42,302 bases of DNA from an uncultured Chlamydiae bacterium (lineage in GTDB: Bacteria > Chlamydiota > Chlamydiia > Chlamydiales > SM23-39). The notes beneath the pieces were generated by a model. That model was not told the DNA's origin. It saw nothing but the letters and a program-made list of their open reading frames with translations, and did not search any database. The stretch covers positions 1-42,302 of the forward strand of contig CALBPE010000053.1 of NCBI GenBank assembly GCA_937899275.1, given 5' to 3'. Position 1 is the stretch's first letter, and each line of letters opens with the position of its first letter. The translations under genes were made by a program, and so were the position numbers. Positions 27,630 to 37,951 of the stretch are shown piece by piece.

Positions 27630-30600
27630 TTACGCTTCCTTAATAGTTTTTTTAATAACCCCTTTTTTTGGGGAAAATAGCAGAAGAAAAGGCCCAGCTA
27701 AGAAAAGAGACGAGGCAGTGCCAAATAAAACGCCCATAGCCATAATGAACGAGAAGTTGAAAATAGCAGCTCCTCCAAAGCATACGAGCGTGCTTAAAGA
27801 AAGTAGGGTCGTAAGCGAAGTCATGAGAGTTCGGGATAAAGTACCATTGATGGCTTGTTCAATCAGATCGGAAAAAGAAGCTTTTTCTGTACGGAGAAGA
27901 TCTTCTCGCATCCGGTCAAATACAATGATGGTATCGTTTAAAGAATAACCAATGATGGTCATAAGAGCGGCTACTGCATGTAGGTCGAGTTGTAAAGGCA
28001 TTCCGAAAAAGCGCAGCAGACTGATTGCTCCTAAAGAGACCAGTACATCGTGCAATAAACAAAGGATCGCTGCGGCTGCATAGGAGAATTCAAAACGAAG
28101 GGTTAGGTAGCAAAAGATCCCTACAAATGCAAGTAAAAGACCAATAAGCGCCTGCGTTTTCACATGGGAAGAAAACTGCGCACTGACAGAAGAAAACGAC
28201 TCATGAAGATGTGCAAGGCTCTCTTCTTTGATGGATAGATCATCTGCTTGTAATGCCTCGATGATCCAACGAATCGACGGGTTTTTTTCAAAAGGGTAGG
28301 CGTTTTTAGCAACATTTGCAATAGACCGGGTTTTTTCTTCTAGAGAAGATCCCAGTAAAATCCGTAAATGATTGGGTTGATTTAACTCCCGTATCTGAAT
28401 AGCAGAGGGGTGCATTCCTGCTTTGATGAGAGCAGTGCGTACCTCTTTTCTATAAGAAACAGTTTCTTTTGGGGTTAGCTCCACTGTCAAAGAATAGCCT
28501 CCTTGAAACTCCAACCCTAAAAGAGACTGTTTCTGGAGGAGCGCAGCGCCCCCTCCCGAAATGATTAAGGTTGTGCTTAACAAAAAGAGGTATTTTGCCT
28601 TTGTTAGAAAGGCAAAAGAGGGCTTATAAAAAGAGCGTTTGGTAAAAAGCTGGCATTTTCTAGAGCGTTCGAGCCACCAATTGAAAAAGACTCTTGTGAC
28701 AAAAAGCGCAGAAAATAAAGAGGAAAGCGTTCCGATAATGAGGGTAATCGCAAAAGCTTTGATAGGCCCTGCATCAAAGTTGAAAAGAATTATTCCTGCA
28801 ATGACAGTGGTGATGTTTGCATCAAAAATCGCGCTATATGCCTTTTCATAGCCTGAAAATAGCGCCCGTTTTAAAGAGACATTTTTTGTGAGCTCTTCTT
28901 TGATTCTTTCAAATACAATGACGTTGGCGTCAACGGCCATCCCTAAGGTCAAGATAATTCCTGCAATACCTGGTAGGGTCAGGGCGGCGCCTATACTTTG
29001 TAAAGAGGCCCACATGATGAGTAAATTTAAGATAAGAGCAAAAGATGCAATGATCCCTGCAAAACCGTAGTAGCCGCTCATAAACACCATTACAAGAGCA
29101 AGCGCTGATACCATAGCAATAATGCCTTGGAATTTTTCTTTTGCGCCTAATTCAGGGCTCACGTTGGTTTCTGATACGATTTTTGGTGTGTAAGATAAAG
29201 AGCCTGCTTTTAAATCAAATGCAAGTGCAGCTACTTCTTTTTGCGAAAAATTTCCTGAAATCATCGCTTGATCGCGTATCGCAGCCTCTAGTTTTGGCGC
29301 GCTGATCAGCTCATCATTGAGAAGTACGCACATACGAAACCCTTCGCCGCCTGTGTATTTTTCAAGGGGAGATCCGACAACAGAGTCTCTACAAAAGCGT
29401 TTTGTCCAAGCATGTAACGCACCTTTTGGATCGATGCTTTTTCCTTTTTCATTGGTATGAGATCCTTGCACGGCAAAGCGCAAAAAATTGCCTTGTACAG
29501 GGTCATAAGAAGGCGCAATTTTTGTGAGGTGCGCTCCTTTCAAAGCGTAGTTATGAAATGCAATTAAAAGAGGGGGATAGCCGTCTTGTTTTGCTGCATC
29601 TTTTCGATACACCGCAATTTTCGAGAAGGTTTCGTCATAATCAGACTGGCTACTGGTTTTTCCAGGAACAGCAAGGCGAAGGCCTTTAGCGAAGAGTGTA
29701 TTTGCTGCTGCAGACTTCGGTAGCGCTTTTTCTGGATCAGAGGCGTCGCCGTATAAGTGTTTACAGGCGATTTCCTGAATTTCTTCTGGATGGGTTTTTC
29801 CATGGATACTCGCTTCGTTCCAAACAGCTTCTAAAAAGGAAAAAACATCTTCTCTTAATTCGGGGTTTCTATAGGAAAATTTTTCATTTGCGATATGAAA
29901 AAACATGGAGGAGCCTTTGATCAGCTCTTCTGCAGAAAAATTTTGGGACCCTGGAAAATCGATGACAATATGATCTGCTTCTTTTCTGATTTGGACTTCA
30001 GAGACACCTAATCTGTTCACTCTTTTTTCCAGCTCGCTCATGCCTTTATCTAATTCCAGCGGGTCGGTGACTTTTTCCCCTTTTGGATCATGCAAAGAGA
30101 CGGTAACGGTTTTTCCCCCTGATAAGTCGAGGCCCCAGCGTAATATTTTCCGTTCATCTCCTCGAAAATATTTCGTAGCGCTTAGCGTCATATTGCTCCA
30201 AAAAGCGCTTTTAGTTGGAGCGGGGTGAAAGGAGTGCTCGTTTGCATAAAGCGCGGTTTGCGCTTTATGATACGCATCTTTTTCTTGCAGGAGCCTTTCA
30301 TGTTTTGCGGTATCGATCTGGTTTTGCGTTAAGATCCGGTGCTCTACGTCTTTGAGCTCTAAGTAGGCATAGCGTTTTGATCCTCGCACAGAAAATGCTT
30401 CTTCTGTCGCGCGTAAAAATGGATGAAAATACTGGGGTTTTTCAAAAATTAGATCGCCAGAAAAGTTGCGATCGTCTGTCAACATCTTTGCAGGGAAGCA
30501 TACAAAGCCTCTGGATCGGAAAAACCGCTGCATTGTTTGTATATCTTGTAAAAGGTCGGATGCACCTTCTGATTTTTCAGAGCCTTCGTATTTTTCTAAC

Positions 30601-32066
30601 AAGCTTCCCAGCCCTTTTGCTACGACGTAAAGAGAGGGTTTTTGTAAAAAAGGAAAAAGCGTTTCTTGTTTTTCTGGGTGAACAAGGACTATTCCTAAGC
30701 GCTTCTCTGGGTAAGAGGCGTTTATATAAGATTTTGTAGAGAAAATAGGAAACGCATCTTGTTGCAGTTCAGGATGCTCTACTTTCCAGTTCAATAGCCC
30801 ATCTTTCAGCAAAGAAAGCTCATCTTCTGCTATTTTCCAAAGATCGAGAGCAAGCAGACTTTTGCTGTTTTCTATATCGTATAAGGTAATGGAAAACCCT
30901 TCTTTATCCCGGCTGATTTTTTCTGAGGAAATATTTGCAATGCGCGAGATTTCTTCTAAAATCAGATGGGTAGAAGATGAGCCCTTTTTTTCGTTGATAA
31001 AAGCTTGCACATCTTCATGCAGTTTAAACGCAATTTTTTCTTCTTTCCAATCGAGCACCACTTCTTTTATGAAGGGGTGCGTTTTTCCTAAAGATAAATG
31101 GAAAATATCGCTTTGGTCTGATCGGATTTTACGCAGAAGATTGCCTACAAAATCCTCGCAGGAAATCGGTTTTTTTGGCTGGTACATATCGAGTAGGTTA
31201 TGCGATTTCTTGATAAATGAAAGAGTGGCGTTTACCTGCTTTTTCTCTAGGCTCTTTTTTTCTTTGGAAAGCGCCTTTTTTTTCACATCAAGTGCATCTT
31301 CTAAAGCTTTGAAAGAGCTTTTTAGCCTCGCAATACAAGGCGCGTTTTCTTTAGATAATAAGCTGGTAAAATATCTCTTTGTAATAGGAGAATTTTTGCC
31401 AAAAATGCTTTGGTATTCTTGGAGGGACTGCGCTAATCGGATGAGCTCTTCTTCTTTTTTCTGCTTTTCTGGAAGAGATAGAATATGGGTGATTTTTTGT
31501 CTTTGATCAAAAGGGGCAAAGATTGCAGATGTGATCGTAGACAGCCGGTCCAATACGATATTGCGGTATAAGGCAGAAGATTTTGGTATACCTCTTTGCT
31601 TGTCGCTAAATGTTAAGTAGCCTTCAAGATTTTTATTTGTCGCAAAAGAGCGCTCTAAAATGCACTCTTTATTGGAAAAAGATTCTTTTGCAGGAGCCCT
31701 TAAATGCAAAGATGCAGGGTTAAGCTGCATAGATCTTTTGGCAAGAGGCCACTTGTCTCTGAAGGTCGAAGCGTCCGCTTCTTTATAAAATACAACGCGG
31801 ATTTTTCCAGGAATATCTGGGTCTTCCTCAAGGCTTTTTGGTTTAATCGATAGCGTGCGGCAAAAAGAGCGCAGGACTTGAAGCGCGTTCTCCTGTTTTT
31901 CCGCTACGCGAAAGGCGATTTCTTTTTGAATATACGTCGCATCTTTTGCATCAATTGTTTTGCCTAACGGCTTTGTATAGTAAAAAATTGTTGGTAAAAT
32001 GTTATAAATCGTTAAAAACATAACGAAAATAATTAAACTTACTTGCCATTTTTTTACTTTTTCCAT
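27630..32066 (-). CDS. secDF: Fused protein translocase SecDF with a long chlamydial N-terminal extension
   Basis: GLDLSGG, LTLPGIAGIILTLGMAVDANV, DANITT (SecD); GLEFQGG, HDVL, GYSLNDTIIVFDR, TLSRT (SecF). Confidence 0.96.
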   Translation of the reverse strand: MEKVKKWQVSLIIFVMFLTIYNILPTIFYYTKPLGKTIDAKDATYIQKEIAFRVAEKQENALQVLRSFCRTLSIKPKSLEEDPDIPGKIRVVFYKEADASTFRDKWPLAKRSMQLNPASLHLRAPAKESFSNKECILERSFATNKNLEGYLTFSDKQRGIPKSSALYRNIVLDRLSTITSAIFAPFDQRQKITHILSLPEKQKKEEELIRLAQSLQEYQSIFGKNSPITKRYFTSLLSKENAPCIARLKSSFKALEDALDVKKKALSKEKKSLEKKQVNATLSFIKKSHNLLDMYQPKKPISCEDFVGNLLRKIRSDQSDIFHLSLGKTHPFIKEVVLDWKEEKIAFKLHEDVQAFINEKKGSSSTHLILEEISRIANISSEKISRDKEGFSITLYDIENSKSLLALDLWKIAEDELSLLKDGLLNWKVEHPELQQDAFPIFSTKSYINASYPEKRLGIVLVHPEKQETLFPFLQKPSLYVVAKGLGSLLEKYEGSEKSEGASDLLQDIQTMQRFFRSRGFVCFPAKMLTDDRNFSGDLIFEKPQYFHPFLRATEEAFSVRGSKRYAYLELKDVEHRILTQNQIDTAKHERLLQEKDAYHKAQTALYANEHSFHPAPTKSAFWSNMTLSATKYFRGDERKILRWGLDLSGGKTVTVSLHDPKGEKVTDPLELDKGMSELEKRVNRLGVSEVQIRKEADHIVIDFPGSQNFSAEELIKGSSMFFHIANEKFSYRNPELREDVFSFLEAVWNEASIHGKTHPEEIQEIACKHLYGDASDPEKALPKSAAANTLFAKGLRLAVPGKTSSQSDYDETFSKIAVYRKDAAKQDGYPPLLIAFHNYALKGAHLTKIAPSYDPVQGNFLRFAVQGSHTNEKGKSIDPKGALHAWTKRFCRDSVVGSPLEKYTGGEGFRMCVLLNDELISAPKLEAAIRDQAMISGNFSQKEVAALAFDLKAGSLSYTPKIVSETNVSPELGAKEKFQGIIAMVSALALVMVFMSGYYGFAGIIASFALILNLLIMWASLQSIGAALTLPGIAGIILTLGMAVDANVIVFERIKEELTKNVSLKRALFSGYEKAYSAIFDANITTVIAGIILFNFDAGPIKAFAITLIIGTLSSLFSALFVTRVFFNWWLERSRKCQLFTKRSFYKPSFAFLTKAKYLFLLSTTLIISGGGAALLQKQSLLGLEFQGGYSLTVELTPKETVSYRKEVRTALIKAGMHPSAIQIRELNQPNHLRILLGSSLEEKTRSIANVAKNAYPFEKNPSIRWIIEALQADDLSIKEESLAHLHESFSSVSAQFSSHVKTQALIGLLLAFVGIFCYLTLRFEFSYAAAAILCLLHDVLVSLGAISLLRFFGMPLQLDLHAVAALMTIIGYSLNDTIIVFDRMREDLLRTEKASFSDLIEQAINGTLSRTLMTSLTTLLSLSTLVCFGGAAIFNFSFIMAMGVLFGTASSLFLAGPFLLLFSPKKGVIKKTIKEA

Positions 32067-32272
32067 TGATAGTTACGCCTTATAAGGTAATTATCCTTAT
32101 AAAATAATCAAAATCTTTGATTCCGTCTATCAAAATTCCTGAGTTGATCCAATTTTTTTTGAATACAATCTCCAAACAGCTTATGCTATGTAAGAGATCA
32201 AATGGAGATCTACTTAATGTATCTGGTTTCATCCTACAATTTTTTTCCACGCTACATTTTTCCCATTACTTT

Positions 32273-33010
32273 ATGAACAAGATACAACCAGAAATGCCTT
32301 CTTCAACGTATAGCCTGTCGTCTCCAGAGCATGTTGCGATCATCATGGATGGTAACCGCAGATGGGCAAAACTAAGGGGAAAAAACTCGATAGAAGGGCA
32401 TTATCAAGGTGCAGAAAAGCTGCGTGAAATGGTCCGTTTTGCCGCTTCTTTAGGCATCAAATTTCTTACTGTTTACGCTTTTTCTACAGAAAATTGGCAT
32501 AGATCCAAAGAAGAAGTCGACTCGTTGATGGAGCTTTTTGGACTCTATTTGCAGCAGGAAAAAGCAGGGATTGTAAAAGAAGGTGTGCGATTAGAGACCA
32601 TTGGGAATCTATCAGAGCTTCCTCTGCCGCTACAAGCTACATTTCATGAAGTGAAAGAGGCGTCTAAAGAAGGGGAAAACATCACTTTAATCATCGCTAT
32701 GAACTATGGTGGAAGAAACGAGCTGATCCGAGGGATGAAAAAAATGTTTTGCGATCTAAAAAAAGGCAAGTTAGACGCAGAAGCAGTTGATGAAAAACGG
32801 TTTTCTTCTTATTTAGATACAGCGAGCTATCCCGATCCCGATCTGATTATTCGTAGTTCGGGAGAGTGCAGAATGAGTAACTTTTTACTTTGGCAAAGCT
32901 CGTATGCAGAAATTGTGGTGATCGATACGCTTTGGCCCGATTTTTCTACAGAAGACTTTTCCTCAGCTATAGAAGAATACCAAACTAGAATACGAAGAGG
33001 TGGACAGTGA
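32273..33010 (+). CDS. uppS: Undecaprenyl diphosphate synthase
   Basis: HVAIIMDGNRRWA, YAFSTENW, NYGGR, DPDLIIRSSGECRMSNFLLWQ. Start revised to ATG 32273 (or 32294). Confidence 0.96.
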   Translation: MNKIQPEMPSSTYSLSSPEHVAIIMDGNRRWAKLRGKNSIEGHYQGAEKLREMVRFAASLGIKFLTVYAFSTENWHRSKEEVDSLMELFGLYLQQEKAGIVKEGVRLETIGNLSELPLPLQATFHEVKEASKEGENITLIIAMNYGGRNELIRGMKKMFCDLKKGKLDAEAVDEKRFSSYLDTASYPDPDLIIRSSGECRMSNFLLWQSSYAEIVVIDTLWPDFSTEDFSSAIEEYQTRIRRGGQ

Positions 33011-33852
33011 AAGAATTTGGGCAAAGGGTGATCAGTACAACAATTTCCCTAACCTTGCTTCTTTTATTGATCTACTATGCAAATACTTCTTTAGGATCTC
33101 TTTTTGTTTTGGCAGCTCTTTCTTTGCTTTCTGTATGGGCTTTGCAAGAATATGATGCGCTTTTGCACACAAAAGCAACTTCGATCATTTTCTTTTTTTC
33201 TGCCAGTATTTCCGTAGTTTGGATCAATCTTAACTACGCGTTTTTACAAGGGATATTTCCATCGAAGCTCTATTTTTCACTGCTTCTTGGACTCATGCCT
33301 ATCTACTTTGTCTGTTTAGTGGCAGCGGCAAAACCTGCAAAGGGCTTTTTATTGAAAACAGCTTCTTCTGGATTTTCTTTGCTCTACATTACCGCGCCGC
33401 TGAGTCTCATGCTTTGGATCTTATATAGCCCAGAGTTTTCAGGTAGAATTTGGTTTTTGTATCTAATTTTTGTCACAAAAATTTCCGATGTTGCAGGCTA
33501 CTTAGGCGGCAAGCTTCTTGGCAGAGTGCCTCTTGCTCCAAAAATTAGCCCTAGAAAAACATGGGAAGGCAGTATTTTAGGGGTGTTTTTTTCTATTGTC
33601 TGCAGTCTTTTGTTTGCTTATCTACAACAAAAGTATGCTTGGTCTAATTTTTCGCTTTCTTATACAAGCGCTCTATTTTTAGGCGCCTTTCTTTCTTGTA
33701 TTGGTCAGATAGGCGATCTTTTTGAGTCGTTATGCAAAAGGGATGCGGGTAAAAAAGATAGTAGCAAGCTGCCAGGATTTGGCGGCGTATTAGATCTACT
33801 TGACTCGCTTTTATTTACTACACCTTTTCTTACATGTTTTCTTTTGGGGTGA
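33007..33852 (+). CDS. cdsA: Phosphatidate cytidylyltransferase
   Basis: SDVAGYLGG, ISPRKTWEG, GDLFESLCKR..KDS..LPGFGGVLDLLDS; GTGA overlap with uppS. Confidence 0.95.
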   Translation: MKEFGQRVISTTISLTLLLLLIYYANTSLGSLFVLAALSLLSVWALQEYDALLHTKATSIIFFFSASISVVWINLNYAFLQGIFPSKLYFSLLLGLMPIYFVCLVAAAKPAKGFLLKTASSGFSLLYITAPLSLMLWILYSPEFSGRIWFLYLIFVTKISDVAGYLGGKLLGRVPLAPKISPRKTWEGSILGVFFSIVCSLLFAYLQQKYAWSNFSLSYTSALFLGAFLSCIGQIGDLFESLCKRDAGKKDSSKLPGFGGVLDLLDSLLFTTPFLTCFLLG

Positions 33853-33857
33853 TATAG

Positions 33858-35132
33858 ATGATCATTACTATTGATGGACCTTCGGGTACAGGAAAATCGA
33901 CAACAGCTAAACGCTTAGCTTCTGCATTGCAGATTGCTTATCTAGATACAGGAGCGATTTACCGCTCTCTTGCTTGGTTTTTTTTAGAGGAAAAAATCGA
34001 TCCTGCAAATGAAGCTGAAGGTAAAAAAGCGCTGAAACGGTTTCATCTTGAAATCACGGAAGACGAGAATTACATCGTTTCTGGAAAAAATATAACGAAA
34101 GAGCTGCGCAAAGAAAAAATTTCTACGTTAAGCTCTACTGTCTCTGCTTTTCCCTACATTCGTAAACACCTTCGGAAAATTCAGCGTGGGTGCATGAGTA
34201 AGCGCTCTGGTGTTGTAGAAGGAAGAGATATAGGCAGCGCTGTTTTTCCTAAAGCAGATGTGAAAATTTTTCTCACAGCCAGCTTAGCAAGTAGAGCAAA
34301 AAGACGGCATTTACAGCTAAAAGAGCAGTTTCCAGATCAAGATTTTTCCCTGAAAGATATCGAAGAAAAACTCGATCAAAGAGATCAAGCAGATAGCACA
34401 AGAGCTTCTTGTCCGCTGAAAAAAACAAGCGATATGTATGTGATTGATACCACAAATCTTTCGTTGGAAGAGGTGTTGATTGCTATTTTGCATAGGATTC
34501 CGAGAAAGAAAATGCGCTTTTTCTACAGGATGATTTTTCAAATTGCCTGGGGTATATTTCGCTGTTTTTACCGCTTTCGGGTGTATGGTAAACAGCATCT
34601 TTTTGCAGGGCCTGCTCTTGTTATTGCCAACCATACCTCATATTTCGATCCCCATATGACTGTTCTTGCGATGAAAGAAGAGCTCCATATTCTTGCTAGA
34701 AATACCCTATTTCGGCAAAAGCTCTTAGCTTCTTTGATTTTATAACTAAAAGCCCATCCCCAACATCAAGGAAAAAAAGATGTCACTGCGATGAAAACGA
34801 CCTTTTCTTTGCTAAAACAAGGGGAAAAAGTGCTCCTTTTCCCTGAAGGGGGTAGGTACTCAGGAAAAACCCTGCATCCGTTAGAACCAGGCATTGGATT
34901 TTTAGCTTATAAAAGTCTTGCGCCAATCATCCCCATCTATATTTCTGGGGCTTGTGATGTATGGGGGAAAACGCGGAAATTTCCTAAGCTATTTGGTAAA
35001 GTTACCTGCCATATAGGCCCTCCTATTTTGCCTGCAACGTACAGCCCTATGGATAAAAAAGCTTTTATGAAAAAAGTGGTGCAAGATGCAGAAGCATCTC
35101 TCACCAATTTACAGAATAAAGCGCGTTTATAA
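33858..35132 (+). CDS. cmk: Fused cytidylate kinase / 1-acyl-sn-glycerol-3-phosphate acyltransferase (Cmk-PlsC) with one in-frame TAA at 34743-34745
   Basis: Cmk motifs IDGPSGTGKST, LDTGAIYR and EGRDIG run without a stop into PlsC NHTSYFD. After TAA and 15 sense codons the frame continues through FPEGGR and PIIPIYI. Confidence 0.88.
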
Positions 35133-35166
35133 GATCCTACTTAGAGTAAAAGATCGTTTCCTGGAA

Positions 35167-35195
35167 TTGCTTTTTTTGCGTATACCGCATACTAT
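35167..35195 (+). promoter_or_regulatory. Candidate sigma66 promoter of trxA
   Basis: TTGCTT, 17-nt spacer, TACTAT, followed by a GAGGTG RBS and ATG 35216. Confidence 0.5.
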
Positions 35196-35215
35196 TGTAG
35201 GTAAATGAGGTGCAT

Positions 35216-35539
35216 ATGAGTGAAGAACAGATCAAAAAACTATCGGACGAAAATTTTACTAGCGAAATTGCAACTGGAGTTACTCTAGTAGACTTTTATG
35301 CTGAGTGGTGCGGCCCTTGTCGTATGCTAAATCCTGTTTTGCAAGAGCTTGCATCAGAAATGCAGGAAGTAGCGTTTGGTAAAGTCGATATTGACGTAGC
35401 TGAATCAGTTTCTCAGCAATTTCAAATCACTACAGTACCTACCATGATTTTGTTTCAAGAGGGAAAAGAAATCGGCCGGATTGCAGGGCTACAAAGTAAA
35501 TCTGCTATCCGATCTTTTATAGAAACCACCCGTTCTTGA
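35216..35539 (+). CDS. trxA: Thioredoxin
   Basis: VDFYAEWCGPC active site and TVPT cis-Pro motif. Confidence 0.97.
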   Translation: MSEEQIKKLSDENFTSEIATGVTLVDFYAEWCGPCRMLNPVLQELASEMQEVAFGKVDIDVAESVSQQFQITTVPTMILFQEGKEIGRIAGLQSKSAIRSFIETTRS

Positions 35540-35540
35540 T

Positions 35541-35765
35541 ATGATCAAACGCTTTCTTTTTTGGGTGTTTTTTTTCACCATTTTAGGAGGCATTTTTATC
35601 CATTTTCATACGAAATTTCCCCCGTTTCTTTCCTGGTTTGGCAGGCTGCCGGGGGATATGGTGATCATGAGAAAAAAGTCTTATGTGGACTTGCCTGTCG
35701 TATCTTCTAGTATTATCTCGGGCATTATTGTCTTACTTACCTCGATTTTTACAAGAAAACGGTAG
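35541..35765 (+). CDS. DUF2905-like small membrane protein
   Basis: WFGRLPGD...LPVVSSSIIS between two hydrophobic segments; starts 1 nt after the trxA stop. Confidence 0.8.
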   Translation: MIKRFLFWVFFFTILGGIFIHFHTKFPPFLSWFGRLPGDMVIMRKKSYVDLPVVSSSIISGIIVLLTSIFTRKR

Positions 35766-36197
35766 TACTTGCCGCCGCATTTCATAAGCAGCGATAGCGC
35801 ATGCGTTGGATAAATTTAAGCACCTGCACTCTTGTTCCATTGGGATGGTGACAAGGCGGTCTGCCCATTTTTCCATGATTTTTTCTGGTATACCTGTTGT
35901 TTCACTACCGAAAATCAGCATGCTGTCTTTTTGATAGGTAACGTCGGTATACGCTACTTTTCCCTTCGAAGAAAATAGAAAAAAAGAAGAGGAGTTTTCT
36001 AAATACTTTTCTATATCATCGATTTCTTCTATGGGAAAAGAAGGTACGTAGTCTAGTCCTGCCCTTTTCATATAGCGGTCGCTTATAGAAAAACCGTAGG
36101 GCGGTACTAAAGCTAAAGATGCACCTACAGCCACACATGTGCGGATGATATTGCCTGTATTTTGGGGAATTTGTGGATGGACTAAAACGATTTTCAA
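35733..36197 (-). CDS. trmL: tRNA (cytidine/uridine-34 2'-O)-methyltransferase, SpoU family
   Basis: PQIPQNTGNIIRTC, KRAGLDY, FGSETTG, RCLNLSN. TTG 36197 overlaps the aspS TGA. Confidence 0.93.
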   Translation of the reverse strand: MKIVLVHPQIPQNTGNIIRTCVAVGASLALVPPYGFSISDRYMKRAGLDYVPSFPIEEIDDIEKYLENSSSFFLFSSKGKVAYTDVTYQKDSMLIFGSETTGIPEKIMEKWADRLVTIPMEQECRCLNLSNACAIAAYEMRRQVLPFSCKNRGK

Positions 36198-37951
36198 GGC
36201 GATATGTGTTTTAGACAAAGTTCTTGTAAATGTTCAGGATTTGCACGAGAAGGAGCCTGCATCATCAAGTCTTTTGCATGGAGAGTTTTCGGAAAAGCGA
36301 TCACATCGCGGATGCTTTTTGCGTTGCATAAAATCATCATGAGCCGATCTAATCCAAGAGCGATGCCTAAATGAGGCGGCGTACCATACTGTAGTGCATT
36401 TAAGAAAAATCCAAATTTTTCATGCATCTGCTCTTCATCTAACTCTAAGATAGCAAATATCTCTTGTTGAAGAGCCGAATCATGAATCCTCATCGATCCC
36501 GAACCCATTTCATATCCGTCAATAACTAGATCATAAGCCAAAGAGCGGACGTTTTCTGGATTAGAGCGAAGAAAAGAAAGGTCTTCTGGGTGGGGAGCTG
36601 TAAACGGGTGATGCGCGCTTTCTATGCGATTTGTATCGGGATCTTTTGTAAACAGGGGAAAATCGGTTACCCATAAAACGGCGTGCTTATTGGGATCGAT
36701 TAAGCCCTCTATATCTCCAATATGCCTTCTTAAATGGTCCATTGCTTGGTAAAGCCGCAGCTTTTCTCCTATACCGATAAGAAGAAGATCGTCTTCTTGC
36801 ATCTCTGCTTTTGTTGCAATTTCTGTAAGGATTTCTTTAGACAAAATCTTAAGAGCGTTTGAAGAAAAATCGCCGTCTTTTCTTTTGATCCATGTAAGGG
36901 TAGAAAGTCCAAAGTTTTGCACAATCTGGATGAAAGCATCGATTTCTTTACGCGATTTTTTTGCGCCTCCTTTTACAAGAAGCGCTTTACTTATGGATCC
37001 TTTAGAGAAAAGATCTTGTATAAAAGAAGCGGGTACAGTTTGTAAGATAGAGGAAAGCTCAATAAAGGGCATAGCAAAGCGCAGATCAGGTTTGTCGGTG
37101 CCGTATAGATCCAACGCTTTTGCGTAAGACAGCCTTGGAAAAGGGGCGCTAAGGGTTTTTCCAGTGAGCGCAAATACTTTTTGCATCAGCTCTTCAATGA
37201 TGGGGAAAAAGTCTTCTAAACGAGTAAAACTCATTTCTATATCGATCTGGGTGAACTCTGGCTGGCGGTCTTTTCGAAGGTCTTCATCGCGAAAACAAGG
37301 TGCAATCTGAAAATACCTATCCATACCGCTCATCATCAATAACTGCTTGAATAATTGAGGGGACTGGGGAAGGGCGTAAAAACTTTTGGGATGAACTCTT
37401 GAAGGCACAAGGTAGTCTCTAGCTCCCTCTGGTGTGGTTTTCCCTAAAATGGGGGTGTTGATTTCAAAAAATCCTATCGAGGAAAGAGTAGACCTTACCG
37501 CAAGCATTACTTGATGGCGTAGGATCAAATTCTGAGCAATAGCTCCTTTTCGAATATCTAAAAAGCGGTATCTTAAGCGGAGATCTTCTTGCACATCTTC
37601 CTCTTGAAAAACAGAAAATGGCGGGGTTTTCGACGAGGATAAGACCTGTAGATCTGTTACAGAAATTTCAATTTCCCCGGTAGATAATTTGGGATTGGGA
37701 TCTTTTCTTTTTTTAACAGTGCCTGTAATAGAAATGACCCATTCAAGACGAATAGAAGAAAGAGCTTCGCTGAGTTCAGGGTGCTTTTTGGGATCAATCA
37801 CCAGCTGCGCTTTTCCATAAAGATCGCGAAGATCGAGAAATACAACCGATCCCAAATCTCTTCTTTTATGGACCCACCCCGCTAACGATACGGTTTTTCC
37901 TACATCAGAGCTTCTAAGTTCACCGCAGTTGTGCGTGCGTTTTGTGTTCAT
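36194..37951 (-). CDS. aspS: Aspartate--tRNA ligase
   Basis: RTHNCGEL, FLDLRD, TPEGARDYLVPSR, QSPQLFKQ, FRDEDLRKDRQPEFTQ, GTPPHLGIALGLDR. ATG 37951 overlaps the hisS stop. Confidence 0.97.
   Translation of the reverse strand: MNTKRTHNCGELRSSDVGKTVSLAGWVHKRRDLGSVVFLDLRDLYGKAQLVIDPKKHPELSEALSSIRLEWVISITGTVKKRKDPNPKLSTGEIEISVTDLQVLSSSKTPPFSVFQEEDVQEDLRLRYRFLDIRKGAIAQNLILRHQVMLAVRSTLSSIGFFEINTPILGKTTPEGARDYLVPSRVHPKSFYALPQSPQLFKQLLMMSGMDRYFQIAPCFRDEDLRKDRQPEFTQIDIEMSFTRLEDFFPIIEELMQKVFALTGKTLSAPFPRLSYAKALDLYGTDKPDLRFAMPFIELSSILQTVPASFIQDLFSKGSISKALLVKGGAKKSRKEIDAFIQIVQNFGLSTLTWIKRKDGDFSSNALKILSKEILTEIATKAEMQEDDLLLIGIGEKLRLYQAMDHLRRHIGDIEGLIDPNKHAVLWVTDFPLFTKDPDTNRIESAHHPFTAPHPEDLSFLRSNPENVRSLAYDLVIDGYEMGSGSMRIHDSALQQEIFAILELDEEQMHEKFGFFLNALQYGTPPHLGIALGLDRLMMILCNAKSIRDVIAFPKTLHAKDLMMQAPSRANPEHLQELCLKHISP

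Noticed and set aside
27630..32066. Unusually large SecDF (1478 aa), also the flavodoxin-less CysJ and variant IspF motifs
   Set aside because: Known normal features of chlamydial orthologues.
10501..34745. Stop-codon reassignment or programmed read-through to explain the in-frame stops
   Set aside because: The interrupting stops are of all three types (TAG, TGA-TAA, TAA, TAA), and all three end conserved genes normally here (lpdA TAG, aspS and trxA TGA, euo TAA). Two of them lie in substitution-rich patches.
26470..34765. Diversity-generating retroelement as the cause of the substitution patches
   Set aside because: The inferred changes are not adenine-specific on either strand, there is no template repeat or reverse transcriptase in the window, and the targets are housekeeping genes.
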